Source of the DNA: an uncultured Pelagibacteraceae bacterium
GTDB lineage: Bacteria; Pseudomonadota; Alphaproteobacteria; Pelagibacterales; Pelagibacteraceae
NCBI GenBank assembly: GCA_902532805.1
Contig: CACAJQ010000003.1
Coordinates: forward strand, 18,007-82,006
Direction: 5' to 3'
Length of the DNA stretch: 64,000 bases
Shown: piece by piece, positions 9,162-18,987 of the stretch
Numbering within the stretch: the first letter of the stretch is position 1
How the letters are laid out: every line of letters starts with the position of its first letter
Translations under genes and position numbers: made by a program
The notes under the pieces: generated by a model
Database searches by the model: none
What the model was told of the DNA's origin: nothing
What the model saw: the letters and a program-made list of their open reading frames with translations, nothing else

Positions 9162-9925
9162 TTTTTTTCAAACGTAATATTATTTTTTATTTTTATGTTT
9201 TTTTTAACTAACTTAACTCCCTTTAACCATAATTTTAATGCTTCAAAATGAATTGCGGCAATAACTTTAAAGGTCATTAAAGGGTGAGAAATATAAGATA
9301 TAAGCATATTTTTATTGTTAATTTCTTTTGCAACCCCGTCTTGTGAAGCATATAACAATTTTCCCTCCTTATCACTTTGATCAATTATTACGGATAACAT
9401 TTTTTCAGGTTTAAGGATTCTAAAATTGTATTTACTTTCCATTTCAATAAATGGTGAAACGAAAAACTTCTTCTCACAGCTATTTGTAATTATTTTTTCG
9501 TCGTTGACTTTAAATATATAAGTATGTTGCTCACCAAATGTATTTTTAACTTCATACAATATAGCTATAATTTTTGAATGATTATCATAAATGAAAAAAA
9601 TACTTAATGGATTAAATACGTAACCAAATATTCTAGGATAACAAAGCAATTTTACCTTTATGTTTTCAAATTGAATGTTGTTTGATTTTAAATTTTCTAT
9701 TACCCAGGCTTTTAAATCACTACCATCTCTAGGTCCGTGATCTTTGTCATAAAAACTTAAAATATTAAAACTATTGTTAGAAAAAATTTTAATTTTTTTT
9801 TGTATCAAATTAATTTCATCAAGATCTAAAAAGAGTGAGAAAACGTTGTATTTAAAAAAGTGATATTTTGGCTTAAATCTTTTATGAATTACTTTACCTT
9901 CGTAAATATTGGAATTTTTAATCAT
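9158..9925 (-). CDS. DUF1365 family protein (UfaO-like)
   Basis: HKRFKP, PRIFGYVFNPLS, EVKNTFGEQH, FFVSPF, IHFEALKLWLKG. Confidence 0.88.
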   Translation of the reverse strand: MIKNSNIYEGKVIHKRFKPKYHFFKYNVFSLFLDLDEINLIQKKIKIFSNNSFNILSFYDKDHGPRDGSDLKAWVIENLKSNNIQFENIKVKLLCYPRIFGYVFNPLSIFFIYDNHSKIIAILYEVKNTFGEQHTYIFKVNDEKIITNSCEKKFFVSPFIEMESKYNFRILKPEKMLSVIIDQSDKEGKLLYASQDGVAKEINNKNMLISYISHPLMTFKVIAAIHFEALKLWLKGVKLVKKNIKIKNNITFEKK

Positions 9926-11156
9926 TTAGGTTTTCAATCATATTAATGGATGATTTTATTCCATCTTCATGAAAACCGTAACCAAAATAACTTCCACAAA
10001 ACAATACATTTCTTTTATTTTGTATTTCTTTTAATAATTTTTGATTATTCAAAGCATCTTGATCAAAATAAGGGTGGGTAAAAGTAACTTTTTGTAGGAT
10101 TTTTTTTTGATCTATTTCAAAAAAAGGATTTAAGGTTAAGAAAATATTTTTTTCTGTCTTCAGATTTTGTAATAAGTTCAACCAATAAGTTAATGATGTC
10201 TTACTAATATCTGATTTATCAATTGAGGAATTCCATGAAGACCAAACTTTTTTATTGTTTGGCATACATACATCGTCAGTATGTATTACTGCTAGATTGG
10301 ATTTATATTTAAAATTTGAAAGTATTTTTTTTTCATCCTCAGTCGGCTCACTTAAAATTTTCAATGCATCGTCTGCATGAGTAGCGATGACAACTTTATC
10401 ATAGTCAAAAAATTCGTTACTAGCACCGTAATATACTTGAACACCAATTTTATTTCTTTTTATCGAACTAATCTTATAATTTTTAAAATATTCTCCACTT
10501 ATTTGAGTTAATACTTTCTCTACATAAGTTCTACTTCTGTTGGTGACTGTGTACCATTGTGGTCTATTTTTTAATTTAAAAAGTCCATGATTTTGAAAGA
10601 ATTTTAAAAAAAATTTAATTGGCATTTGATTTGCTTCTACTGGGGGCATAGACCAGATAGCAGAAACCATTGGGATTAGATGAAAATTAATAAAATTTTT
10701 TGACCATTTATTTTTTTCAAGAAATTCACCAAGAGTAATCTCTTCATTTAAACTTTTAATTTGATCACACTTTTTGTAGAAATTTATAATATCAAAAAAC
10801 ATTTTTAAAAATTTTAAATTAAAAAGATTAGCTTTATTTGCAAAAATTCCGTTTAAACCTCTACCACAATATTCATAATTTGTATCTTTTACAGAAACAG
10901 AAAATGACATATCGCTTTTTTCAATTTCAATTTTTAATTCGTTAAAAAAATTTATGAGATTTGGATAAGTTTCATGATTAAAAACAATAAAGCCAATATC
11001 TACAGGAACTTTTTTACCATTAATTAAAGTATCTAAAGTATATGAATGACCACCAAAATGATCTTCGCTTTCGAATAAATCAACATGATGTTTTTTGGAA
11101 AGCTTTTGTGCTGCTGATAAACCAGAGATTCCTGATCCGATTACTGCAATTCGCAT
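9918..11156 (-). CDS. FAD-dependent oxidoreductase, amine oxidase-like (UfaD-like fatty acid desaturase)
   Basis: IAVIGSGISGL, GGHS, VDIGFIVFN..TYPN, FFQNHGL, TYWLNLLQ, GYGFHEDG. Confidence 0.85.
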   Translation of the reverse strand: MRIAVIGSGISGLSAAQKLSKKHHVDLFESEDHFGGHSYTLDTLINGKKVPVDIGFIVFNHETYPNLINFFNELKIEIEKSDMSFSVSVKDTNYEYCGRGLNGIFANKANLFNLKFLKMFFDIINFYKKCDQIKSLNEEITLGEFLEKNKWSKNFINFHLIPMVSAIWSMPPVEANQMPIKFFLKFFQNHGLFKLKNRPQWYTVTNRSRTYVEKVLTQISGEYFKNYKISSIKRNKIGVQVYYGASNEFFDYDKVVIATHADDALKILSEPTEDEKKILSNFKYKSNLAVIHTDDVCMPNNKKVWSSWNSSIDKSDISKTSLTYWLNLLQNLKTEKNIFLTLNPFFEIDQKKILQKVTFTHPYFDQDALNNQKLLKEIQNKRNVLFCGSYFGYGFHEDGIKSSINMIENLND

Positions 11157-11161
11157 TAAGG

Positions 11162-14032
11162 CTATGCTGCGTCTTCTTTAAACTCATCCATACTTGGACA
11201 TGTGCAGAATATATTTTTATCTCCATAAACATTGTCTACCCGAGCAACTGGAGGCCAAAATTTGTTTTGTTTTAAAAAACTTGCAGGATATGCTGCTTCT
11301 TGTCTTGAATATTTATGTTCCCATACATCTGATGATAATTCAGTATCAGTGTGAGGAGCATTTTTAATTGGATTATCAATTTTATCAAATTCACCTGATT
11401 TAATTTTTTCAATTTCTTGTTTAATCTTAATTAAAGTGTCACAAAATCTGTCTATTTCTGACAAGCCTTCGCTTTCGGTTGGCTCTATCATCATAGTGCC
11501 AGCAACAGGCCATGACATAGTTGGTGCATGAAATCCAAAATCTATCATTCTTTTAGCAATATCTTCTTCTGTTACCCCTGTTTCAGATTTAATATTTCTA
11601 ATATCAATTATGCACTCATGTGCAACATTGCCATTTGCACCTTTGTACAAAATCGGAAAGTGATCTTTTAGTCTGTGGGCAATATAATTTGCGTTTAAAA
11701 TTGCAACTTGAGTAGCAAGCTTTAATCCTGCTGATCCCATCATTTTAATATACATCCAAGAGATTGATAGAATACTTGAGCTGCCCCAAGGAGCTGCTGA
11801 TACTGCTCCAATTCCACTTGTTGGTCCGCAATCTTTTATCACTGGATGATTAGGCAGATAAACTTGTAAATGTTTTTTACAAGCTATAGGTCCCATTCCA
11901 GGTCCACCACCACCGTGAGGAATACAAAATGTTTTATGCAGATTAATATGACAAACATCTGGACCAAAATTTCCAGGCTTTGCAACTCCAACAAGGGCAT
12001 TTAAATTTGCTCCATCCATATAGACCTGTCCACCATGTTTATGAACTAACTCACAAATATCAGTTATTTTTTCCTCAAATACTCCATGGGTAGATGGGTA
12101 AGTTACCATTAAAGCTGCGAGATTTTCTGAATATTGCTCTACTTTTTTCTTTAAATCATCGAAATCTACATTTCCCTCTTTATCGCAATTAACTACAACC
12201 ACTTTCATTCCAACCATTTGTGCGCTTGCTGGATTTGTACCATGTGCCGAACTTGGGATTAAGCATATATTACGATGAGCTTCATCTCTATCTAAGTGGT
12301 ACTTTCTTATAACCATTAGACCTGCATATTCTCCTTGAGCGCCTGCATTAGGTTGTAGAGAAACACCGGAAAAACCTGTTATAGATCTCAACCAATTTTT
12401 TAAATCAGTAAACAAATCTCTAAAACCTTCCATTTGTTCAACTGGAACAAAAGGATGAGGTTCTGCAAATTCTTTCCAAGAAATTGGGATCATTTCAGCG
12501 GCAGCATTTAACTTCATTGTGCACGAACCAAGTGCTATCATAGTTCTATTCAATGCTATATCCTTATCCTCTAGCTTTTTAAGATATCTAAGCATTTCAG
12601 TTTCTGAATGATATAAGTTAAAAATTGGATGCTCTAAATATTTTGAAGTTCTTAATAAATTTTTTGGTAAATTAGGTAATTTAACTGAAGGATCTTCTTT
12701 TTTTATTGATTCTGCAGCATTAAAAATTTTTAATAATTGATTTACTCTATAAACGTTTTTTCTTTCATCGAAAGAGACAGCAAGCATTTCAGAATTTACT
12801 TTTCGTATATTAACTTTCTGATTTAGAGCATTTTTATAAATTTGATCAGTCTTTTCTTTGGTAATAATTGTAACAGTATCAAAAAAATAATCAGAATAAA
12901 TTTCGTAACCTGACTGTTTTATTTTATCAGCGAAACTTTTTGCTAATTGAGAAACTCTTTCAGAAATATTTTTAATTCCATCTGGGCCATGATAAATAGC
13001 ATATGCTGCTGAAACAATTGCTAATAAAGCTTGTGCAGTACAAATATTGCTTGTCGCCTTATCTCTTCTGATGTGTTGCTCTCTAGTCTGTAAAGATAAT
13101 CTATATGCCTTGTTACCATATCTATCAACCGACACACCAACAATTCTACCAGGCATCGATCTTTTATACTCGTCTTTAGTTGCAAAAAATGCTGCATGTG
13201 GACCTCCATACCCCATTGGTATTCCAAATCGCTGAGAGCTCCCAACAGCTATATCAGCACCAAGTTCTCTTGGTGTTTTTAATTTTGCTAATGCTAATAA
13301 ATCACAAGCTAATACAGCCTTACCGTTTTTTTTATGAATTTTGCTAATTGCTTCACTAGGATCTTTAATATCTCCTAAAGTTCCAGGATATTGTAAAATT
13401 CCACAAACTAAATCCTCTTTTAATTGATCTAAAACTTCATCTTCTTTTCCAACTAAAACTTTTAAACCCATTGGTTCGGCTCTAGTTTGAATTACATTTA
13501 TTGTTTGAGGATGGCAATCCTCAGACACAAAAACTAAATTACTATCTTTTTTATTTAATCTATGACTAAGACCCATGGCTTCTGCTGCTGCTGTACCTTC
13601 ATCCAATAAAGAAGCATTAGCGATATCCATTCCAGTAAAATCAACAATCATTTGTTGAAAATTTAATAACATCTCAAGTCTTCCTTGAGCTACTTCAGGC
13701 TGATAAGGTGTATATGATGTATACCAACCTGGATTTTCTAAAATATTTCTTAAAATTACATATGGCGTATAAGTTCCATAATAACCCATTCCAATAAAAT
13801 TTGAGTAAACATGATTTTTTTTTGAAATTGCTCTTAATTTTCTTAACGCTTCATATTCTGAATTAGATTCTCCGATATTAAGCTCACCTTTAAACATTAT
13901 TTTTTCCGGAACAGTGTTATTCATTAAATCATCTATTGATTGATAATTTAATTCTTTTAACATTTTTGATTGGTCTTCTTTAGAAGGTCCAATGTGTCTT
14001 TTTATAAAATCTTTTTCTGAATTTGGTAACAT
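11162..14032 (-). CDS. gcvP: Glycine dehydrogenase (decarboxylating), glycine cleavage P protein
   Basis: YTPYQPEVAQGRLE, REQHIRRDKATSNICTAQ, HINLHKTFCIPHGGGGPG. Confidence 0.98.
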   Translation of the reverse strand: MLPNSEKDFIKRHIGPSKEDQSKMLKELNYQSIDDLMNNTVPEKIMFKGELNIGESNSEYEALRKLRAISKKNHVYSNFIGMGYYGTYTPYVILRNILENPGWYTSYTPYQPEVAQGRLEMLLNFQQMIVDFTGMDIANASLLDEGTAAAEAMGLSHRLNKKDSNLVFVSEDCHPQTINVIQTRAEPMGLKVLVGKEDEVLDQLKEDLVCGILQYPGTLGDIKDPSEAISKIHKKNGKAVLACDLLALAKLKTPRELGADIAVGSSQRFGIPMGYGGPHAAFFATKDEYKRSMPGRIVGVSVDRYGNKAYRLSLQTREQHIRRDKATSNICTAQALLAIVSAAYAIYHGPDGIKNISERVSQLAKSFADKIKQSGYEIYSDYFFDTVTIITKEKTDQIYKNALNQKVNIRKVNSEMLAVSFDERKNVYRVNQLLKIFNAAESIKKEDPSVKLPNLPKNLLRTSKYLEHPIFNLYHSETEMLRYLKKLEDKDIALNRTMIALGSCTMKLNAAAEMIPISWKEFAEPHPFVPVEQMEGFRDLFTDLKNWLRSITGFSGVSLQPNAGAQGEYAGLMVIRKYHLDRDEAHRNICLIPSSAHGTNPASAQMVGMKVVVVNCDKEGNVDFDDLKKKVEQYSENLAALMVTYPSTHGVFEEKITDICELVHKHGGQVYMDGANLNALVGVAKPGNFGPDVCHINLHKTFCIPHGGGGPGMGPIACKKHLQVYLPNHPVIKDCGPTSGIGAVSAAPWGSSSILSISWMYIKMMGSAGLKLATQVAILNANYIAHRLKDHFPILYKGANGNVAHECIIDIRNIKSETGVTEEDIAKRMIDFGFHAPTMSWPVAGTMMIEPTESEGLSEIDRFCDTLIKIKQEIEKIKSGEFDKIDNPIKNAPHTDTELSSDVWEHKYSRQEAAYPASFLKQNKFWPPVARVDNVYGDKNIFCTCPSMDEFKEDAA

Positions 14033-14037
14033 TATGC

Positions 14038-14412
14038 TTATGTCTCCTTTGCAAATTTTTCATATTCTTCTTTACTCATAAGACTATCCATTTCAGATTT
14101 GTCTTTTATTTTAAGTTTAAAAAACCACGCAGACTCTTCTGGGTCTTCATTTATTTTTGATGGATCATCAACTATCATTTGATTTGTATCTATAACTTCT
14201 CCACTAACAGGTGTGTAAACATCACTAGCAGCTTTCGTTGACTCAACCACTCCAGCAGTTCCATCTTTATCAACATTTGAACCTTTCTCTGGGAGTTCAG
14301 CAAATACTATATCCCCAAGCATTTCTGTTGCGTGCTTGGTGATTCCAATTGTAGCTTCTTCTCCATCTAGTTTAATCCACTCATGTTCTTTTGAATATTT
14401 AACTTCAGACAT
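14038..14412 (-). CDS. gcvH: Glycine cleavage H protein
   Basis: YSKEHEW; VESTKAASD with the lipoyl-lysine. Confidence 0.97.
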   Translation of the reverse strand: MSEVKYSKEHEWIKLDGEEATIGITKHATEMLGDIVFAELPEKGSNVDKDGTAGVVESTKAASDVYTPVSGEVIDTNQMIVDDPSKINEDPEESAWFFKLKIKDKSEMDSLMSKEEYEKFAKET

Positions 14413-15511
14413 TAATTTCCCCTTTTACGTAATTTTTTTTATAAAACGGTAAGTTACAAATATTTGCTGGAATTTTTTTTCCTCTAACTTCAAGAAATAT
14501 TTTTGTATTTACTGTTGAATAACTATTATCGACATATCCCATTGCTATAGGATGTTCTACACTTGGTCCAAATGTACCACTTGTTACCTTCCCAATTTCT
14601 TGGTTTTTATCATTGTAAATTTTTGTATTTCCTCTAGCAATTACTCTGCTGTCTGGTTTTATGCCAACTCTTAATTTTTTTACTCCACTTTGAAATTGAT
14701 TTTTTAAAACTTCTGATCCGACAAATTCAGTCTCAATTCTGCTCTTAGGTATTGCCCATTTTAGATTAGCTTCGATAGGACTGGTATCGTTGTCTAAATC
14801 ATTTCCATACAAGCAGAGTCCAGCTTCCATTCTTAATGTATCTCTTGCTCCTAAACCAATCAATTTAGATCCATTTTCTATCAAACTTTCTACAAAAGTT
14901 TCAGCATCACTATTTTTTATAGAAATTTCAAATCCATCCTCACCAGTATATCCTGATCTAGTTATGTATACTTTTTCATTTTTATAGACATGGTTGTTTC
15001 CGTTCATAAATTTTAGACTGTCACAATCAGGTATAACTTTATTTAAAACATTTTTTGCTTCGGGGCCCTGTAATGCAATTAGTGACAATGACTCGTCAAG
15101 ATTTAATTTATATTGATTATCAAGTTTAGATTTTATTACTTCATAATCATTATACTTGCATGCAGCATTCAAGATAATTAAAAATCCATCAGATGTTTTG
15201 GTAATTATCAGATCGTCCTGAATTCCTCCTTTGTTATTCATTAAAAATGAATACTTACTTTGATTAGTTTTCAATTTTTTCAAATCCGCAGGAAAAATCT
15301 TTTCAAGATCATTTGTAAGATCATCACCACCCGATATAAATAATTGACCCATATGAGAAACATCAAAAATACCAGAGTGTGAACGTGTGTATTTATGCTC
15401 TTGTATAATTCCATCTTTATATTGGATGGGCATTTGATATCCAGCAAACTCTACAAGCTTTGCGCCGTACTTGATGTGGAGATAATTTAACGATGTTTTT
15501 TTTATATTCAT
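14405..15511 (-). CDS. gcvT: Glycine cleavage T protein (aminomethyltransferase)
   Basis: [32 protein letters not shown]. Confidence 0.97.
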   Translation of the reverse strand: MNIKKTSLNYLHIKYGAKLVEFAGYQMPIQYKDGIIQEHKYTRSHSGIFDVSHMGQLFISGGDDLTNDLEKIFPADLKKLKTNQSKYSFLMNNKGGIQDDLIITKTSDGFLIILNAACKYNDYEVIKSKLDNQYKLNLDESLSLIALQGPEAKNVLNKVIPDCDSLKFMNGNNHVYKNEKVYITRSGYTGEDGFEISIKNSDAETFVESLIENGSKLIGLGARDTLRMEAGLCLYGNDLDNDTSPIEANLKWAIPKSRIETEFVGSEVLKNQFQSGVKKLRVGIKPDSRVIARGNTKIYNDKNQEIGKVTSGTFGPSVEHPIAMGYVDNSYSTVNTKIFLEVRGKKIPANICNLPFYKKNYVKGEINV

Positions 15512-15524
15512 ATTAACTCTATAT

Positions 15525-15667
15525 GCCCCCTCTGTCTTTTTGCCTGAGAGATTTGCTCCTTCGGCGAGAATAATTCTCTTTCCAGAGTTAATATGTACGG
15601 TCCATTTGCCTGAGAGTTTCCGGGGTGGTTGCTCCTTCGGCGCTACAAAAGTAGTCTCTCCCGTATA
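15525..15667 (-). ncRNA. Tandem glycine riboswitch
   Basis: Two aptamers on the minus strand, each GGA(G/A)AGA...CGCCGAAGGAGCAA...CTCTCAGGCAAA, directly upstream of gcvT. Confidence 0.95.
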
Positions 15668-15702
15668 AATTCTTATAACATAACTAATATAAATTTATAG
15701 CT

Positions 15703-16575
15703 CTAATTTGTTGCACTTTTTTTTTTCATAAGTGAAAGAAATTGTATTAAAACTGCAAATATCACTATTAAACCACCAATTAAAACGCTGGTTGGAGGAT
15801 TTTCATTTATAAACATCCACGCCCAAAAAGGTCCTAAAACTGCTTCTGATAACATTATGATTCCAACTAAGGCTGAAGGTGTAGATCTTGCACCAATTGT
15901 GATAAAAATAAAACCAAAACCAAGTTGGAAAAAACCAGCTAAAAATCCTAAAAAAATGTCATTTAAAGATATAAAGATCGTTTTAGACATAAAATATCCA
16001 ATGATCAAAGCAATAATGCCTGCAATAAATTGTAATGGAACCATATCTACACTTGGAAATTTTCTTACTATTAAAATTAATGTTGCGAATGATATTGGCA
16101 TAATAAAAGCAGCAATATTTCCACTCATTTGTCCAACTGTTAATGAACTTCCAACCATCAAAATTATTCCTGAAATTGCTAAAACTATAGAAGTTAATGT
16201 TATTAAGTTTATTTTTTCTTTTAAAAAGATATATCCAAAGATTGCTAAAAATAATGTTTGGGTTTGAATTATAAAATTAGTATTTGCTACAGTAGTATTA
16301 TACATTGCAAAAACATAACCACTAAAGCCACACGCAAGTATAATGCCTCCAATAAGACCAGGAATTCCAGATTTATAAAATGCTGAAATAAAATTTTGCT
16401 TATAACTAATAATTAGAAAGATCAGAACTACAATTATAAAAAAAACTGATCTCCAAAATAGAATCTGCCATAGAGTGGAACCTTCGAAAGATTTGACTAT
16501 CAATCCTCCAAAACTTAAACTGAAAGCACCAAAAAAAATCAAAAGCGGCCCTGGTAATTTTGTAATTACATTCAT
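15703..16575 (-). CDS. DMT/EamA family transporter
   Basis: 290 aa, about 10 TM segments, WQILFWRS, FLKEKI, NENP. Confidence 0.85.
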   Translation of the reverse strand: MNVITKLPGPLLIFFGAFSLSFGGLIVKSFEGSTLWQILFWRSVFFIIVVLIFLIISYKQNFISAFYKSGIPGLIGGIILACGFSGYVFAMYNTTVANTNFIIQTQTLFLAIFGYIFLKEKINLITLTSIVLAISGIILMVGSSLTVGQMSGNIAAFIMPISFATLILIVRKFPSVDMVPLQFIAGIIALIIGYFMSKTIFISLNDIFLGFLAGFFQLGFGFIFITIGARSTPSALVGIIMLSEAVLGPFWAWMFINENPPTSVLIGGLIVIFAVLIQFLSLMKKKSATN

Positions 16576-17528
16576 TTAATTTGAGAAATAAGATTATTAG
16601 TCTCCATCTGATAAAGTTTATATAATGTTTCAGCATCCTCTAAGCTTACATCTTTAAATTTAATATTAGACCCTGGTGTTAATTGTACCAGTCGATCATA
16701 GTCAGCAGATATGACAGTTGCAATCTTCGGATATCCACCAATAGTCCCATGATCTGATAACATAATTATTGGATCTCCAGCAGATGTTATTTGAATTACA
16801 CCTTTTACCAAACCTTCAGATTTTATATTAGGATCAACGATATTTTCAATTTTTGGACCTTCTAATCTCATACCCATCCTGTCTGAAAGTTTTGTAATTT
16901 TAAAACTTTCTTTAAAGAATTTATTTTGTGAAGACTCAGAAAAATAATCATAGTTTGTGCCTTTAATGACCCTTATATTTTCAATAGTGCTACCTAAGTA
17001 ATCAAGTTTTCTTTTGTTAAAAGATTTATTAATATCTATTATTTCAATTTCTAAATCTTTAGAAAATTTATTCCCGTTATTTGGTCCAATATGAGCTTGT
17101 GTATTTATTGAACAGCTTCCCCAATAATAATCAACACCAAAAGTTCCATTAATCGAAAAATATCCATAAACAGACTTATTGGTTGAACGGATATCGACTT
17201 CATCACCATTTTTTAACAAATAACATTGGTAGGAATTACCATCAATAACACCCTCTTTTGTTATAATTTTAAATGATACATTTCCAGAAATACAAAAAAA
17301 AATATCTTTTCCAAAATACTTCAAATGTGGGCCTTGATAAGCAAATTCTATTACAGGAGAATTGTAATCATTTTGTAGAAGTGAGTTTAACAATCGAAAA
17401 TTTCTTTTATCCATCGCTCCGCTAAAAGGAATACCAATATGGTATAAATTATTTCTTCCTAAGTCTTGATATGTGGTGTTGATACCAGCTCTTAAAATTT
17501 TAAAGTAGTTTCTATCTTTTGATTTCAT
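16572..17528 (-). CDS. pxpC: 5-oxoprolinase subunit C
   Basis: TTYQDLGR, SGAMD, SDRMGMRL, TIGGYPKI. Confidence 0.88.
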   Translation of the reverse strand: MKSKDRNYFKILRAGINTTYQDLGRNNLYHIGIPFSGAMDKRNFRLLNSLLQNDYNSPVIEFAYQGPHLKYFGKDIFFCISGNVSFKIITKEGVIDGNSYQCYLLKNGDEVDIRSTNKSVYGYFSINGTFGVDYYWGSCSINTQAHIGPNNGNKFSKDLEIEIIDINKSFNKRKLDYLGSTIENIRVIKGTNYDYFSESSQNKFFKESFKITKLSDRMGMRLEGPKIENIVDPNIKSEGLVKGVIQITSAGDPIIMLSDHGTIGGYPKIATVISADYDRLVQLTPGSNIKFKDVSLEDAETLYKLYQMETNNLISQIK

Positions 17529-18186
17529 TATATTGATCTAAAGTTATTCTATAAAATTTTATTGTATCGCCTGGATTAACAAGATTTGGGTTTGATTGAT
17601 TAGATGTGTCGAAAATATTTTGTGGTGTATTTCCCAAAATATTCCATCCCCCAGGTGTTTCAAAAGTATATATGTTGCAAAATTGTTCTGTTATTCCAAC
17701 TGAACCTTTTGGAACTTTAACTCTTGGTGTTTCTAATCTTTTTAATCTCATCTCCTGGTTAAGATCACCAAGAAAAGGCATACCAGCAACAAATCCTGTC
17801 ATATAACAAAAGTAATTTTTACTAAAAAATTTTTCGAGGATTATTTCTGATTTTAATTTTAATTTGTTTTCAACTCTTTTAATATCTAATGCAAAGTCAT
17901 TATCACAACACACAGGAATTTTGATTAAGTTTTTCTCTAATTTTTTGTTTTCTTTAATCTCTATATTCTCAATTTTTTTTTTTAAAGTTAAAAAAGATTG
18001 TATATTTAAATCATATGAAATTATTAATTTATTATACGATGGAGTTAAATTTGTAATACCTTTTAAATTTAAATTTTTTATATGGTAGAAATATTTGATA
18101 ACATTTGAATTAATTTCTTGATTTACATCATTTCCAAAGTCACAATACAAAGCTGCGTCACCAAGATTTAATATATTTTTTATCAT
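17512..18186 (-). CDS. pxpB: 5-oxoprolinase subunit B
   Basis: LGDAAL, PSYN, GFVAGMPFL, PRVKVPKGSVG, TPGGWNILG. Confidence 0.9.
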   Translation of the reverse strand: MIKNILNLGDAALYCDFGNDVNQEINSNVIKYFYHIKNLNLKGITNLTPSYNKLIISYDLNIQSFLTLKKKIENIEIKENKKLEKNLIKIPVCCDNDFALDIKRVENKLKLKSEIILEKFFSKNYFCYMTGFVAGMPFLGDLNQEMRLKRLETPRVKVPKGSVGITEQFCNIYTFETPGGWNILGNTPQNIFDTSNQSNPNLVNPGDTIKFYRITLDQYNEIKR

Positions 18187-18213
18187 ACCATGTTATACTT
18201 ATGATTTATTAGT

Positions 18214-18987
18214 ATGGAAATTAATATCAATTGTGATTTAGGTGAAAAATCAAAGCATCATTCAGATGAAAATGATCCAAAATTACTAGAAATTGTCAAT
18301 TCAGCTAATGTTGCTTGTGGTTATCATGCTGGTAATGAAGATAGCATGAACCAAGTTGTAAAAATTTGTAAGAAAAATGGTGTTAGCATAGGAGCACATC
18401 CATCATTTAATGATCCTGAAAACTTTGGACGTAAAAGACTTAATTTATCTTCAGATGAAATAAATAAATTATTAATCGATCAGTATGAAATTTTGCAAAA
18501 TATAGCTGAAAAACATGGTGAGATCGTTACACATATTAAACCACACGGTGCATTAAATAATATGGCTTGTGAAGATATTGAGCTTGCAACAATCATTGCA
18601 AAATCAATCTGTAATTTTAATAAAGATTTAATCTATTTAGTACCCACAGGTTCAAAGATGGAGGAAGCGGCAAAGAAATTTGATATGAGAATAGCATGTG
18701 AAATTTTTGCCGACAGAAATTACGATGATAATGGAAACCTGGTATCTAGAAAAGAGCCTCACGCTCTAATTACAGATCCAGATAAAGCAAAAAGTCACGT
18801 TTTAAGCATGGTTCAGAACCAAGCCATTAATTGTCACAGTGGAAAGCAAATACCTTGTGAAATAGACTCTGTGTGCATACATGGAGATAACTCTAGTTCT
18901 CTAGCAACTGCTTTATCTATAAAAAATAATTTAATAGATAATGGCTTAGAACTAAGAACACTAACTAACTTAAGGAAATTTAAATAA
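18214..18987 (+). CDS. pxpA: 5-oxoprolinase subunit A (LamB/YcsF family)
   Basis: NCDLGE, SANVACGYHAG, GAHPS, HIKPHGAL, FADRNY, CIHGD. Confidence 0.93.
   Translation: MEININCDLGEKSKHHSDENDPKLLEIVNSANVACGYHAGNEDSMNQVVKICKKNGVSIGAHPSFNDPENFGRKRLNLSSDEINKLLIDQYEILQNIAEKHGEIVTHIKPHGALNNMACEDIELATIIAKSICNFNKDLIYLVPTGSKMEEAAKKFDMRIACEIFADRNYDDNGNLVSRKEPHALITDPDKAKSHVLSMVQNQAINCHSGKQIPCEIDSVCIHGDNSSSLATALSIKNNLIDNGLELRTLTNLRKFK

Noticed and set aside
15857-16267. Longer antisense ORFs (also 28417-28887, 44978-45298, 1658-1888) and the other 60-100 aa nested ORFs in the track
   Set aside because: They lie opposite or inside well-supported genes, mostly membrane proteins whose codons leave the reverse frame open, and show no recognisable motifs
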